Source: Okamejei kenojei (Eukaryota). Taken from it: a DNA stretch of 64,000 nucleotides. Shown piece after piece: positions 49,507 to 61,243 of the stretch. A program made the translations under genes and the position numbers. The stretch is from contig CM069147.1 in the NCBI GenBank assembly GCA_035221665.1, positions 19,778,001 to 19,842,000 on the forward strand. The letters run 5' to 3'. The notes under the pieces were generated by a model. That model did not search any database and was not told where the DNA came from. It was given only the letters and a program-made list of their open reading frames with translations. Position 1 is the stretch's first letter; every line of letters starts with the position of its first letter.

Positions 49507-50340
49507 CTGCACAGAATATAAAAGTTTTGAAAGCTTCAATTTTACCTTGACTTGAGGAGAATTTCAGTTACTATTCACAAATACATTGAGGTTACAGTAA
49601 TGATAACAGTACATTTCAGAAAATCATATATTGACCATAGGAAGTGAAAAATAAATTAAGGACTTATCCAACAATAATCTGTTCAGTAAACCCATGTCAT
49701 ACAGCAATATATTTTCAGATTTATCACCAGGGTGTGATTTTCTAAAGATCAATGCCTCTTTTCAAATGAAATGCACTTTTCTTAGAACATGGGTTAAATA
49801 ATATGTACTTCTCATCATGGTGGATGATAGATATTACAAATGCAGCTATTACAAATGATAAGTTGAGTAAATGATATTGGGGCATGATGGAGTCGCACAC
49901 AAGAACATAATGCAATACAGTAGGAATAATGCAAAAAAAAAACACTATATGGAAAACTTACTTGCACCTTTTAAGTATACTGGATTGAGACAGGATCAGC
50001 AGCTAAATTTGAGATTCCTAGGCTGAGAAATGTGAGAGTGAGATTGGATTATGGAGAACAAGTAGGATAGGGGTTGTGCTGCCAGATGAGAGTAGTTGGA
50101 GGGAGAAAATAAGAAAAAGGGAACGGATAGATTGGTCTGGCCGCATTTATAGTATTATGTTCAGTTCTGGGCACCATGTCATTGGAAAGATGTTGTCAAG
50201 CTGGAAGGGTACGGAGAAGAGGGTCTGAGCTATAGGGACTATAGTCCTTGGAGCACAAGAGGATGAGGGGTGATCTTAAAGTGGTGTATAAAATCATGAG
50301 AGGAATAGATCGGGGAGATGCACAGTCTCTTGCCCATAAG

Positions 50341-51600
50341 AGGTGTCACTCCAACCCTAGCAACAGGGAAGAAATGGACTCCAGCAGCAGTGGTACTGGA
50401 CGCAAAATCCGCCCTCCAACACCAGGACATGGTGGGCCATGTCAAACAAGGCCGAGGAGGCTTTGGCCGGAGAGCAATGAAACCTACCTGGCAAAAGGCT
50501 ACTCCAGCTGAACGTCGGCACCTGGTGGTGGGAGGTGCGCCACCAAGAAGAAGCAGCCAGGTGTGCCAAAGCCATATCCTAAGCCAAACAAGGCCGCTGG
50601 ATGACGTTGAGAGGAGGAAGATCACATGGAGAGAGCTGTGGACCATGGAGTCAAATAAGTTGAGCTTCATTATCAGAGCCACATATGACGTCCTTCCCTC
50701 TCCCAGAAAATTTATAAATGTTTGGCTGGGAGAGGATCCAGCCTGCCCCCTGTGTGCAGTTCCAGCAAACCTCAAGCGCATCCTGGTCGGTTGTAAGACC
50801 AGCCTAACACAAGGCAGATACACCAGGCGACACAACCAGGTGCTGAGGTATTTGGCCGCTGAACTCGAGTGCAAGAGAGTTACCACCAACGCCATGCCTA
50901 TCAATGCCCAGATAACATTCCCGCAAATACCATCCTTCATCCGGGAAGGAGAGAAATGGAGGACTAACCCCTCGCCTCTCAACTCATGCCCACTGAACGC
51001 AGCCAGGGACTGGGAAATGCGTGTTGACCTAGGCCAGAGGCTTTCGTTCCCAGTTGAAATCGCAGTTCTCTGGTCCAACTCCTGTCGGCGTGTTTTCATC
51101 ATTGAGCTGACGGTCCCATGGGAGGAGGCTGTGGACGAGGCTTATGAAAGGAAAAAGCAGAGGCAGAGGAGAGAGGTTGGAGGATAACGGTGTGTCCAGT
51201 GGAGGTGGGGTGCAGGGGCTTTGTAGCCAGTTCCACTGCAAGGCTCCTGAGGGAAGTAGGAGTCAAATGGCAGGCACAAAGGAGGGCAATAAAATAACTT
51301 GCCAATTCCGCCGAACGGAGCAGTCACTGGCTGTGGCTGAAGAGGAAAGATGCTGTCTGGGCTGCCACGTGACCATCTAGAGGCTAATAATAAGACACAC
51401 ACCCAGGTCTGATCAACCTGCGGTGGGCCTGCCTCGACTGAGGGTGTCTTGTGATAAATGGCCGAAACACTCAGTGACGTTGAGGTACACAACTGAAGAT
51501 GTGTCTGATTGTTAGCAAATTCACCTAGTGGTCATACCCAAGAATGTCAATTGTAGTGAAATCTTAGGAAGTTGTAACACCCAGTCCTATTAATCAACCA
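50341..51600 (+). mobile_element. R2-superfamily (HERO-like) non-LTR element, 3' fragment with restriction-like endonuclease
   Basis: ATYDVLPSP, CPLC....C Zn finger (H to R), RHNQVL, IIELTVPWE; inserted within a CR1 3' end (50140-50340 and 51601-51880). Confidence 0.85.
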
Positions 51601-52907
51601 CAGTAGGTGAATCGAGGACCAGAGAACATAGGTTTAAGGTGAAGGGGAAAATATTTAATAGGGATCTTAGGGGTAACTTTTCATACAAAGGGTGGTGGGT
51701 GTATGGAACAAGCTGTCAGAGGAGGTAGTTGAGGAGGGACTATCCCAATGTTTAATAAACAGTTAGACAGGTACATGGATATGGACCAAATGTAGGCAGA
51801 TGGGACTAGTGTAGCTTGGACATGTTGGCCGGAGTGGGCAAGTTGAGCCAAAGGGCCTGTTTCCACGGCGTATCACTCTATAACTATGATTCTAAGCCTC
51901 TCTGCAAGAGAGATGAGAGGAGGCTGAGCTGCTGGGCCTGGGGTAGACGGCCTCAAATTGCAATAATCTGTTTGGACTGAAATGGTCAGGGCTGGTTGGC
52001 TGATAGGCAACAGCTGGACTCCTGGTGACTGACAGGAATGGACATAAGCATCATATTCAGAGAACAACTGCCATTTATCTGGATGGTACTTCAGCAATTC
52101 TACTGATAGCTAGCGTTCAGTTAGATGAACTGATATGAAGCCCTGGAATTTTATTTGAAATGTATCCAGAATCACAAGAGAGATTCCCCTGCATCAATCA
52201 GGCCTTTGATGTACATTGTTGTGTTGCAATGAAAGCTTTACTATTGGCCACCAGACCCTCCCGTTGAGTACCACAGCTGTGCAAATGGAAATCACCACAC
52301 ATATGATTATTTTAAAGGATAGGGGCCAAATTTGTGTGCAAAATCATTTCCAATGTTGAAACCAGACTCCACTACGCTCCTTGAATTTATGTGTTGGATT
52401 TCTGGCAGGTTGGATTTCTGTTATTTCCCCCAAGAACATAATTCTGTGCAACAGAACTAATGCGCAATCTCGGTCTCCAGCACACTATGTTTTTACCCTG
52501 TAAACTAAAAGTTGCCTCATTGTGTTCAGACTGCTCCTCTACCAGGCTCTGCATTATGAGATATCAATCTCAGTGCTGATTTGTCCAAATGTAAGATCAG
52601 GACAATGTTGCTTCAACTTCCATTTTCTCACTTTATAGCTGAGAAGATTCCAGTACTTTGGCAGAAAAATGAAAAAGTAACTAAGGCTGAATGTCTAGAG
52701 GAGGGAATTGGTAAGTGTGTAATTATACCCTCAGCAAGCTGAATCAGAAGATTCTGAGTGAAAAGGGAAGTGATGCAGAAAACCCATCATTTAACATAAT
52801 CCCAACCAGCAGCCTCAGTGGTACCTGTTCTCATCATGATTCACATTTTCTTCTCCAAGGGGAGGAATCATGTGCCAGTGCCTGTCCTACACAATACATT
52901 ACTCCCC

Positions 52908-53190
52908 TAAGAATAAAGGAGAGGCCATTTAAAACTGAGATGAGAAAAAACTTTTTCACCCAGAGTTGTGAATTTGTAGAATTCTCTGCCACAGAAGGCA
53001 GTAGAGGCCAATTCACTGGATTAATTTAAAAGAGAGGTAGATAGAGCTCTAGGGGCTAACAGAATCAAGGGATATGTCGGAGAAGGCAGGCACTAGTTAC
53101 TGATTGTGGATGATCAGCCACGATCACAATGAATGGCGGTGCTGGCTTGAAGGTCCAAATGGCCTCTTCCTGCACCTATTTTCTATTAGA
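52908..53190 (+). mobile_element. CR1 3' end
   Basis: Matches 45388-45670. Confidence 0.8.
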
Positions 53191-53965
53191 AAATGCATGG
53201 AAATTTGTTTTTGTGCCAATAAAAGTTCTGTGAATATATTTTGTGTGAATTCATCATTGTATTTGCATGCACGTTGTTACCGTGGAGCTCTCCCACATGA
53301 TAATTGTGTAATGGCGAGGAAAGACCTCAAAAGGGTTGAGTACTAATTGATAGATTCTTCAAATAGAGTCATTGAGTGCAATGGATTGAGCATTAGATAA
53401 ATATTGTAATGCATTCAGTAGAGATGCAGCATTTGCTGACTAATGTTAACAACTCATATTTTATGGAATCCTTTTCATGGATTGCTTTTCATTTCTTGAA
53501 ATATCACCTGTTATTAACTTCGGCAGCACCTTATGCTCAATCTCATGGGCACATATCTGAAGGCTCTTCTTACCTTCTGTGGCTTTAGTATCTAACTCAT
53601 CATGACTTGGACTATTTATCAAAAAGCACTATCTTGTATCTGCAACCATTGTTAAAAGTATCAAAGCACATATTTACTTTTTAAATGGCTCCAACAAACA
53701 TAATGCACCTCCTATTCAAGAACACAAACTGCCGTTAAGCAGTGATGGCCATTTATGACACCAGGCTTCCAATGAAGCATGCAAATTATAAACAGCAGGG
53801 GTTTGACTGGCAGCCTGACGCAATCAGACACTACAAATTTAACCCACTGCCTGAAACATGATGAACAGGTGAATCAGAGTTCCACATACCCATTTTCAGG
53901 AAATTCAACAATTCTCAAGTAACAATTTAAGTCTAATGAATTAAGTCACAGTTGTTAATTAGTGA

Positions 53966-55062
53966 CTAATCTTCAGAGAACGGGGATTCCCCTCCCCCAC
54001 TATAGATGAGGCTCGCACCAGGGTCTCCTCCATACCCCGCAACACTGCCCTCTCTCCCCATTCCCCCATTCGCAAACAGGGCAGAGTCACCCTGGTCCTC
54101 ACCTTTCACCCCACCAGCCGGCAAATACAACACATAGTCCTCCGCCAGTTTCGCCACCTCCAACGTGACCCCTCCACTCGCCACATCTTCCCATCTCCCC
54201 CCCTGTCTGCTTTCCGCAAAGACCGCTCCCTCCTCAACTCCCTTGTCAATTCTTCCCTTCCCTCCAGCTCTACCCCTTCCCCGGGCACTTTCCCTTGCAA
54301 CCGCAAGAAATGCTACACTTGTCCCTTCACCTCCCCCCTCCACTCCTTTCAGGGACGCAAGCAGTCCTTCCAGGTCCGACAGAGGTTCACCTGCACCTCC
54401 TCCAACCTCATCTACTGCATCCGCTGCTCCAGATGCCAGATGATCTATATCGGTGAGACGAAGCGGAGGCTTGGCGATCGTTTGGCCGAACACCTCCGCT
54501 CGGTCCGCATTAGCCAACCCGACCTCCTGGTGGCTCAGCACTTCAACTCCCCCTCCCATTCCGCATCCGACCTCTCGGTCCTGGGCCTCCTCCACGGCCA
54601 GAGTGAGCAACACCGCAAGTTGGAGGAACAGCACCTCATATTCCGCTTGGGGAGTCTGCATCCTTTGGGCTTGAACATTGAATTTTCTCAATTCTGTTAA
54701 CCCTTGCTGTCTCCTCCCTTCCCACCTCTCCCTCAGCCCTCAGGACCTGGCATTCCCTCTCTCTCTATCGCCCTCCCCCACCCTAGTCGCACCAGCTTCT
54801 CATTTTCACACCACAAACAGCTTACAATGGCTTGTTCCCTTTATCATTGATACTTTTTTGCATATCTTTCATTCATTGTTCTTTATCTCTCCACATCACC
54901 GTCTATATTTCTCGTTTCCCTGATTCCTGACCAGTCTGAAGAAGGGTCTCGACCTGAAACGTCGCCTATCTCCTTCGCTCCTTAAATGCTGCTGCACCCG
55001 CTGAGTTTCTCCAGCCTTTTGTGTACCCTCGATTCTCCAGCATCTGCAGTTCCTTCTTTAAC
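53966..55062 (+). mobile_element. Penelope-like retroelement 3' part (GIY-YIG), young
   Basis: Near-identical inverted counterpart of 5180-6240; IYIGETKRRLGDRLAEH; tail with an intact hammerhead core. Confidence 0.9.
54933..54966 (+). ncRNA. Minimal hammerhead ribozyme motif in a Penelope tail
   Basis: CTGAAGA-A-GGGTC-TC-GACCT-GAAA-CGTC: conserved core, stem II, palindromic ACGT in place of stem III. Confidence 0.6.
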
Positions 55063-55546
55063 ACTAATATTTACATATCGATTTTCTACTCCCAATATTT
55101 TCCCTTCTCATTTTCTGCAATAGGTTTTGACAGTGCTGAAAATGGATGTCAGAGGGATTGGGAAGAACACAGGAGAACCCGGCGTGGGGAACTGCCGTGA
55201 GGAGAGAAGGGGGGGGGGGGGATGCGCAATGATGGACCTGGTGTGGGATACTTTGTAACTTTGTCAGCATCCTTTCTATGGTGACTATTTGCATACCTTG
55301 GGTATGCAAACAAATAATTTCACTGTAACGTGTCACATGTGGCAATAAAATATTCAAATCAATTGAATGCTTCAAATGCAATCTGAGAAAATGGCCCACA
55401 AGAGGTTACCAGTTCCAAAACCACTTAACCTTTTCCAAAACCACCTAATCGCATTCTGAAATGCCAAAGGTAAACATTTTCTTCAATTTAAACAGTATTT
55501 GGTAATTCCTCTTCACACAGGATGTTTTGTGTGACTAGACACCCAC

Positions 55547-55659
55547 CACCAATCTCGATAAAACCTCCGATCTCCAAATCGCATCAGCTCAGCAAGAAGG
55601 TTCAAAGTTGAGTGAAAGAAGCCATGGAAAAATATGATCCACATGAAGTGATTTGGTAT
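55547..55659 (-). CDS. DGAT1: DGAT1-like exon 13 equivalent ([38 protein letters not shown])
   Basis: cttccacag|ATA...TG|gtgggt; 113 nt; carries PNH, AELMxFGDR and the FYxDWWN motif of DGAT1/SOAT. Confidence 0.96.
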
Positions 55660-55727
55660 CTGTGGAAGTATCCAAATATCAATTAATATTCCTCAATTAA
55701 CAAATTAGTAATTTCTACACTGTAGAG

Positions 55728-55821
55728 ACAATTTTAGACCAGAATATATGATCCACCAACCAGTAGACAGAATTGTAACTGTCTACCGGTTGGTGGATCG
55801 TATATTCTGGTCCAAAATTGT
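55728..55821. repeat. 43-bp inverted repeat with 8-nt loop
   Basis: Arms 55728-55770 and 55779-55821; 40 of 43 positions complementary. Confidence 0.9.
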
Positions 55822-56505
55822 AACTATTTTATGTTTTTTTTCCTCAGAAGATGTGCCGAATGACTGAATTACTTCCAAGTTGGCATTCCTCTGTCCACCT
55901 GCTCATTGGTTCCTCACCATGCCATTGGGAATATGTTATTTGCTCTTCATCGTGCATCAGTTGCCCTCTGCTGGCACTGATCCACGATCTGTCAGGATTG
56001 CTTTGTCATGCATGCAGCGCTGAGTGAACAGGAGATACCCCTGGATGAGTAAGATACAAGGAAGGGCCAGACACATCAGATTCTTTACTGCAAAGCTTGA
56101 TAAATTGAGGTGTAATAGGTCAAGGCAAAGAGACTGGGCATGAATCAACACTGACTCAAATTCTGCAGATGAAGAGCAATGGGACTCAAAGTCGTTTGGT
56201 TTCTATATCAGTTTTCCTTTAAAGTTTAGTTTTCAGTGGCATGAAGTGGGTGTGGGTTCCTACTGCTCGTGTGATACCAATGACTCATGAATGTAGCAAT
56301 CTATAGACAAAATAATATCCAAAAAAAGTGTTCATAAAATAACATAAATTGGCAGTTTCATTTGTTTTACTACTGTTCATTCTACTGAGTTGTGCAAAAA
56401 CCAAGTTGTACAGATTTCTAAAATTATTTAAAGGCCTGCCATATTAAAATTTAATGAAATAAGAAAAATATTGATAAAGAATTACCTAATCAACTTTATT
56501 TTGAA

Positions 56506-58170
56506 CTAGACCATGTGTGGACCAATTGGGCCTGTCCCCCAAGACAATATTCCACCACTGACTCATAGCCCCCCAACTGCGCAGGCGGGGCAGAGGGGTT
56601 CCTGTTGTGATAGAGCTAATAGTCAAATCCAATATAGTTTACAAATTGGAGTTGTTCTTCTACAAAAGCATGGTCTAGTAGAACAAAAGAATGGCTTGGT
56701 ACCAAGGAACACAATATGGAGGGCAGGTTGTCTTTTTAATAAAGACATTAAGATGGAAACCTGCGTAATAACATGTGCTTCTTTCAAGGCCATTAAGAAG
56801 CCAAGATTGAAAAAATAGCTGACGCTCCAGAGATAAACAATAACTTGTTATTGGATGAGCTTGATTTGGACCCATCTGTTCCTATATTCTGAAAGGGAAT
56901 AGTATCTTTCAAGCATGCCATATTCAGGCTTGGTAGGAGTGTATTACTGATAAGAAAAATATATAATTGCACTACTTTTCGTTTGTTCAGTGAGTGGAGC
57001 CCCAGGTGCACTGAGCAACGTTTGTGCTCTATGTAGATCTTGCCACTCCTGTCTGATAAATCGATTAAAGATTGGCTTGGTTTACCTATAACCAGTTTGT
57101 TGTTGGCTGCTTTTAAGAAACAAATTTTGACATTTGTAATGCCAGAGATCCCTCCTCATCACCCTCCCTCCTCTTTCCCCTCTCATCCTCCCCTCCCCCA
57201 TTGCTTCCCTCACCTCTCCCTCCCTCGCCTTTCCGCTACCCTCAGTCACTCGTACCCTCACTGCATAACCTCTCTCCCCTCCCTACTCCCCGCCTCTCCC
57301 TCTATCTCCTTGCTCCCCAACTCCTTACCTCCCCCTATCTCACTCCACCATTCTCTCTCCTTGCCCCCCACCACTGCCCTCCTCTCCCTCTATACCACTC
57401 TCCCTACCTCCCCCCTCCTCTCCCTTTATCCCCCCTCCTCCCACACTCTCCCCTCCTCACCACCCCCACTTACCCCTCCCAATACTCCCCTCCTCTCCCT
57501 CTATCCCCATCTCTGCTACTCCTCACCTCCCCCAATCCCACCCCCGACATTGAAAATCACAATGTTTTATTTAAAAATGAAACCTCCTCTGTATTCCACC
57601 CCCCCACAATGAAAATCATGATGTGTTTTGTAAAATGAAACTTCCCCTCTATCCCACCCCCCTCCCCCAAAATGAAAACCGCAATTTTTCTTTAAAATAA
57701 TCTAAACACAATGTTAGCTGTTAATGAAAATGGACGATTTTGATTAAAACGTTTTTTTTTGTTGAAAATCGTGATTTTTTTTATGGTAATGAGATTCGGG
57801 ATCCCATTGTGCTGGGAGCACATGGGCACACAGACAGAATCACAAACAAGATGAGAGTTTTAGTAATTTACTAGACCAAGGGGGACCCATTGGGGGAGGG
57901 GGGGCGGCCTTCGGCATCACACACACATAGACGGCGAAGGCCTTCGGCGTCACACACACACTAACCACCCCCCCACACACACATTACCCCCCCTTGATAT
58001 TATATTAATATTATTCATTCGCTCCTTTTACCCCATCCCCCGCCCTATCCACTCACGCATAACCCCCAACTGCGCAGGCGCGGCTGGAGAAGGGGGGTGG
58101 AGAGGGTGGGGGATAGAGAGGGAGAGGGAGGGGGTAGAGACTGAGGGGTGGGGGGCGCGGCGTCCCAGGG
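56506..58170 (-). mobile_element. Helitron-like fragments (tandem, minus strand)
   Basis: Reverse-complement CTAG ends with hairpins near 56506 and 57871; Helitron-type 5' motif (attactaaaactctcatcttg) near 57850-57870; low-complexity interior. Confidence 0.45.
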
Positions 58171-58282
58171 GAACATTGCACTGTACCTAGGCACATGTAA
58201 CAATAAAGTATCATTGAATTGAATCATTGAATCGCCTCGGTTCCGAATATAAGCACAATTGATAAAGGATGACGTTACTCAC

Positions 58283-58327
58283 TGCTATCAGAAACAGCTG
58301 GTGAATCATTACAGTCAGCTTCATCTC
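58283..58327 (-). CDS. DGAT1: DGAT1-like exon 12 equivalent (EMKLTVMIHQLFLIA)
   Basis: ctaatttcag|GAG...GCA|gtgagt; 45 nt, 93-nt intron from the previous exon; aligns to DMDYSRIIERLLKLA. Confidence 0.85.
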
Positions 58328-58420
58328 CTGAAATTAGTTTAAATACAACAAAGTTAATTAAAAGTTAAGTTAATCAAATAATTCTAAAAGTACAAAAGCA
58401 AATTTGAAAGGCTTACTCAC

Positions 58421-58462
58421 AACAAACGGCATCATTTGATGATGAGTCACTGGTAAAACCCA
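58421..58462 (-). CDS. DGAT1: DGAT1-like diacylglycerol O-acyltransferase (MBOAT), exon equivalent to exon 11 (WVLPVTHHQMMPFV)
   Basis: Minus strand ttatttttatccag|TGG...GTT|gtgagt; 42 nt, phase 0/0; aligns to DGAT1 WMVPTIQNSMKPFK with the same exon length. Confidence 0.85.
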
Positions 58463-58576
58463 CTGGATAAAAATAAATATTTTTTATAATTGTTGTCAGA
58501 TAAAACTATAGAAGCATAGCATTGATAATGTAAGTAAAATTTAGCAATATTAAATACTATATATGAATATATATAT

Positions 58577-61240
58577 TGTAGCGTGACGATAATCCCAAAA
58601 TGAAGGCGAGGAGCCAGGTGTTTCGGGAGGTATTTTAATTGCTGTCCTTCTCCTGACCAGACAAGTCTGCAGGAGGGAGGTTGCACCTAAACCCCTGCCC
58701 TTTATCCCTGTAACTATCCCTGTACCCCCATGTCCAACACAAGGTTTGCCTGTCCGTGCTCCAGCACCCAGAACGTGCCCTCATACGGCATCTGGAGCGG
58801 CGTCCAGTGGGCATCACGGTGCAGGAACACAAAGGGGCAGTCCCGGAAGGCTGATGCACATGCGGGCGGAATGTCCCATGGTGGGACGTCGGCACGGGCA
58901 CGAGCCTGCCAACTCGCTCACGAAGGCGCTGTAGAGTGGATGAGGGCGTTCCCTGCTGCCCCAGCGCTGACGTCACAAATTCCCCGAGCACCGTGAGTGG
59001 CGACCCGTAAACGAGCTTTGCTGAGGATGAGGCCAAGTCTTCCTTAGGCGCAGTTCGGATGCCCAGCAAGACCCACGGCAGTTCGTCCATCCAGTCCGGG
59101 CCGGAGAGTTGTGCCTTCAGCGCTGCCTTGAGCTGCCGGTGGAACCTCTCCACCAGGCCGTCTGCCTGTGGGTGATAGGCCGTGGTGTTGTGCAGCCACA
59201 CACCCAACAAGTGAGCCATGGCCGACCACAGCTCAAAGGTGAACTCAGGCTCCCGGTCCGAGGAGGTATCCACTAGCACCCCAAAGCGAGCAATCCAGTG
59301 CGCGGACAACGCACGAGCGCACGTAGCCGTTGAAGTATCGGCAAGCGGTATGGCCTCCAGCCACCGCGTGAAGCGGTTCACCATAGTGAGGAGATGGGTG
59401 ATGCCCTGGGACGGCGAGAGAGGCCCCACAATGTCCACGTGGAGATGGTCGAAATGCTGGCGTGGTAGAGCGAAACGCTGGCGTGGTAGAGCGAACTCCT
59501 GGAGGGGCGCCCGGACATGGCACTGGATTTTCGCCATTTGGCACGGAATGGAGGTGCGGGCCCAGTGGCCCAGTGGCCAACCTGCTTGCGCAGACCGTGG
59601 CACATCAACCGAGCAGCCACAAGTGCCATCGTCGCCCGGATGGGTGGGTGAGCCAGGCCGTGGATCACATCGAAAACCCTCCAGGAAGTAGCGGAAGTGG
59701 CGCACCGCCAGGTACAGAGCCAGGAGCTCGCGGTCGAAAGCGCTGTACTTCGTCTGGGCGTGGTTGAGGTGCCAGCTGAAGAAGGCCAGGGGTTGCCAAC
59801 CCCCGTCCGTCAGTTGTTCCAGCACGGCACCAACCGCCGACTCCCGACCCCTTCTCGGTGGCCGGGGGGTCTGCGAGGAAGTAAGTGACCTCTCCGGCCG
59901 TGTCCTGGTCGAGGGCCCCCATCAGGTAGTAGTAGCGGGTGTCATCCGCTGTAATGCCACCGTAAGGGTATCTTCCCGCGGGTGCACCAGCAGTGCAGCC
60001 CGAGCAAGGACCTCCTTCACGCCGATTATGCTGCCACCGCCTTGTTGGTCCACTCGACGTCCTTACGCCCACCCGCCAGAAGTTGATACAGCGGCCACAT
60101 GATGTGGGCCATGGATGGTACAAAACAGTGATAAAAAGCCACCATCCCGATGAACTCCTGTATATATGGCGTCGACCCTGTACTGCACCATGCAAAGTCA
60201 CGCGGTGGCCGAGGAAGTCGATGGTGGTCACCCCAAACCGGCACTTGGCGAGGTTCACAGCCAAACCATGCTCGCTGAGCCGCTGACAGAGCTGCCGGAG
60301 GTGGGCACCGTGCTCCAGCCGCGAGCGGCTGGCCACCAAGATGTCGTCGAGGTAGACGAACGCAAACTTGAGGCAGCGACAAACCCCATCCATTAACCGT
60401 TGGAATGCCTGCGCGGCGTTCTTAATGCCAAACGGCATCCGCACAAACTCGTACAGCCCAAACGGCGTAATGATTGTCGTCTTGGGCACATCCTACGGGT
60501 GGACCGGGATTTGTTTGAAACCCCGCACCAAATCCATTTTGGAGAAAATAGTAGCCCCGGCCAAATGGGCGTTGAAGTCCTGGATATGGGGTCCGGGGTA
60601 TCGGTCTGCGGTGGTAGTGGCATTCAGCCGCCGATAATTCCCGCAGGGTCGCCAGCCCCCGCTTGCTTTAGGGATCACGTGGAGTGGGGACGCCCATGGG
60701 CTGTTTGAAGGGAGGACGATCCCCAAGGACTCCATCGTGCGGAACTCCTGCCGTGCCAGTCGTAGCTTATCCGGCAGCAGTCGGCATGCTCGTGCGTGGA
60801 GAGGTGGCCAGAAGTCGGTAGAAATTAACCTGGAGCAGGAGCTCCTTAAGGCTGAGGTATTTCTCGGTGGCCGGGGGGTCTGCGAGGAACTAAGTGACCT
60901 CTCCGGCCGTGTCCTGGTCGAGGGCCCCATCAGGTAGTAGTAGCGGGTGTCATCCGCTGTAATGCCCCGCAGCAGGAATTGGGACTCCGCCTGCTGAAAC
61001 CAGGCGCGAGGCTGGGCGGTCTAGAAGGTAGGTAATTTAATAGAGACCGCGTCGAGAGACAGGGCCCGGTCGGCCTGTGAGGTCGGGCAGCTCTGTCTTT
61101 TGCCTCCATCATGATGACAATGGAGCGTCAGGGTTACCAATGTAAGCGCGACGATAATCTCGAAATGAAGGCGAGGAGCCAGGTGTTTCGGGAAGTGTTT
61201 TAATCGCTGTCCTTCTCTCACCAGACGAATCTGCTAGAGG
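58577..61240 (-). mobile_element. Degenerate, heavily deleted Ty3/Gypsy element (CsRN1-like)
   Basis: Diverged LTRs start at 58577 and 61141; PBS TGGTAACCCTGACG (tRNA-Trp type); RMPFG, YLDDILV, FDRELLA and YHPQADGLVERFHR motifs. Confidence 0.85.
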
Positions 61241-61243
61241 GAT

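Noticed and set aside
4038-55062. Near-identical inverted CR1 and Penelope pairs as a large inverted duplication
   Set aside because: Flanks, spacing and order are not shared; independent insertions of young subfamilies explain them.
56793-57011. ORF with a GPI-signal-like hydrophobic C-terminus
   Set aside because: Lies inside DGAT1 intron 12; exons 12 and 13 already join in frame; no homology recognised.
57040-57638. 190-aa and 145-aa Pro/Leu/Ser-rich ORFs
   Set aside because: Translation of a pyrimidine-rich low-complexity tract.
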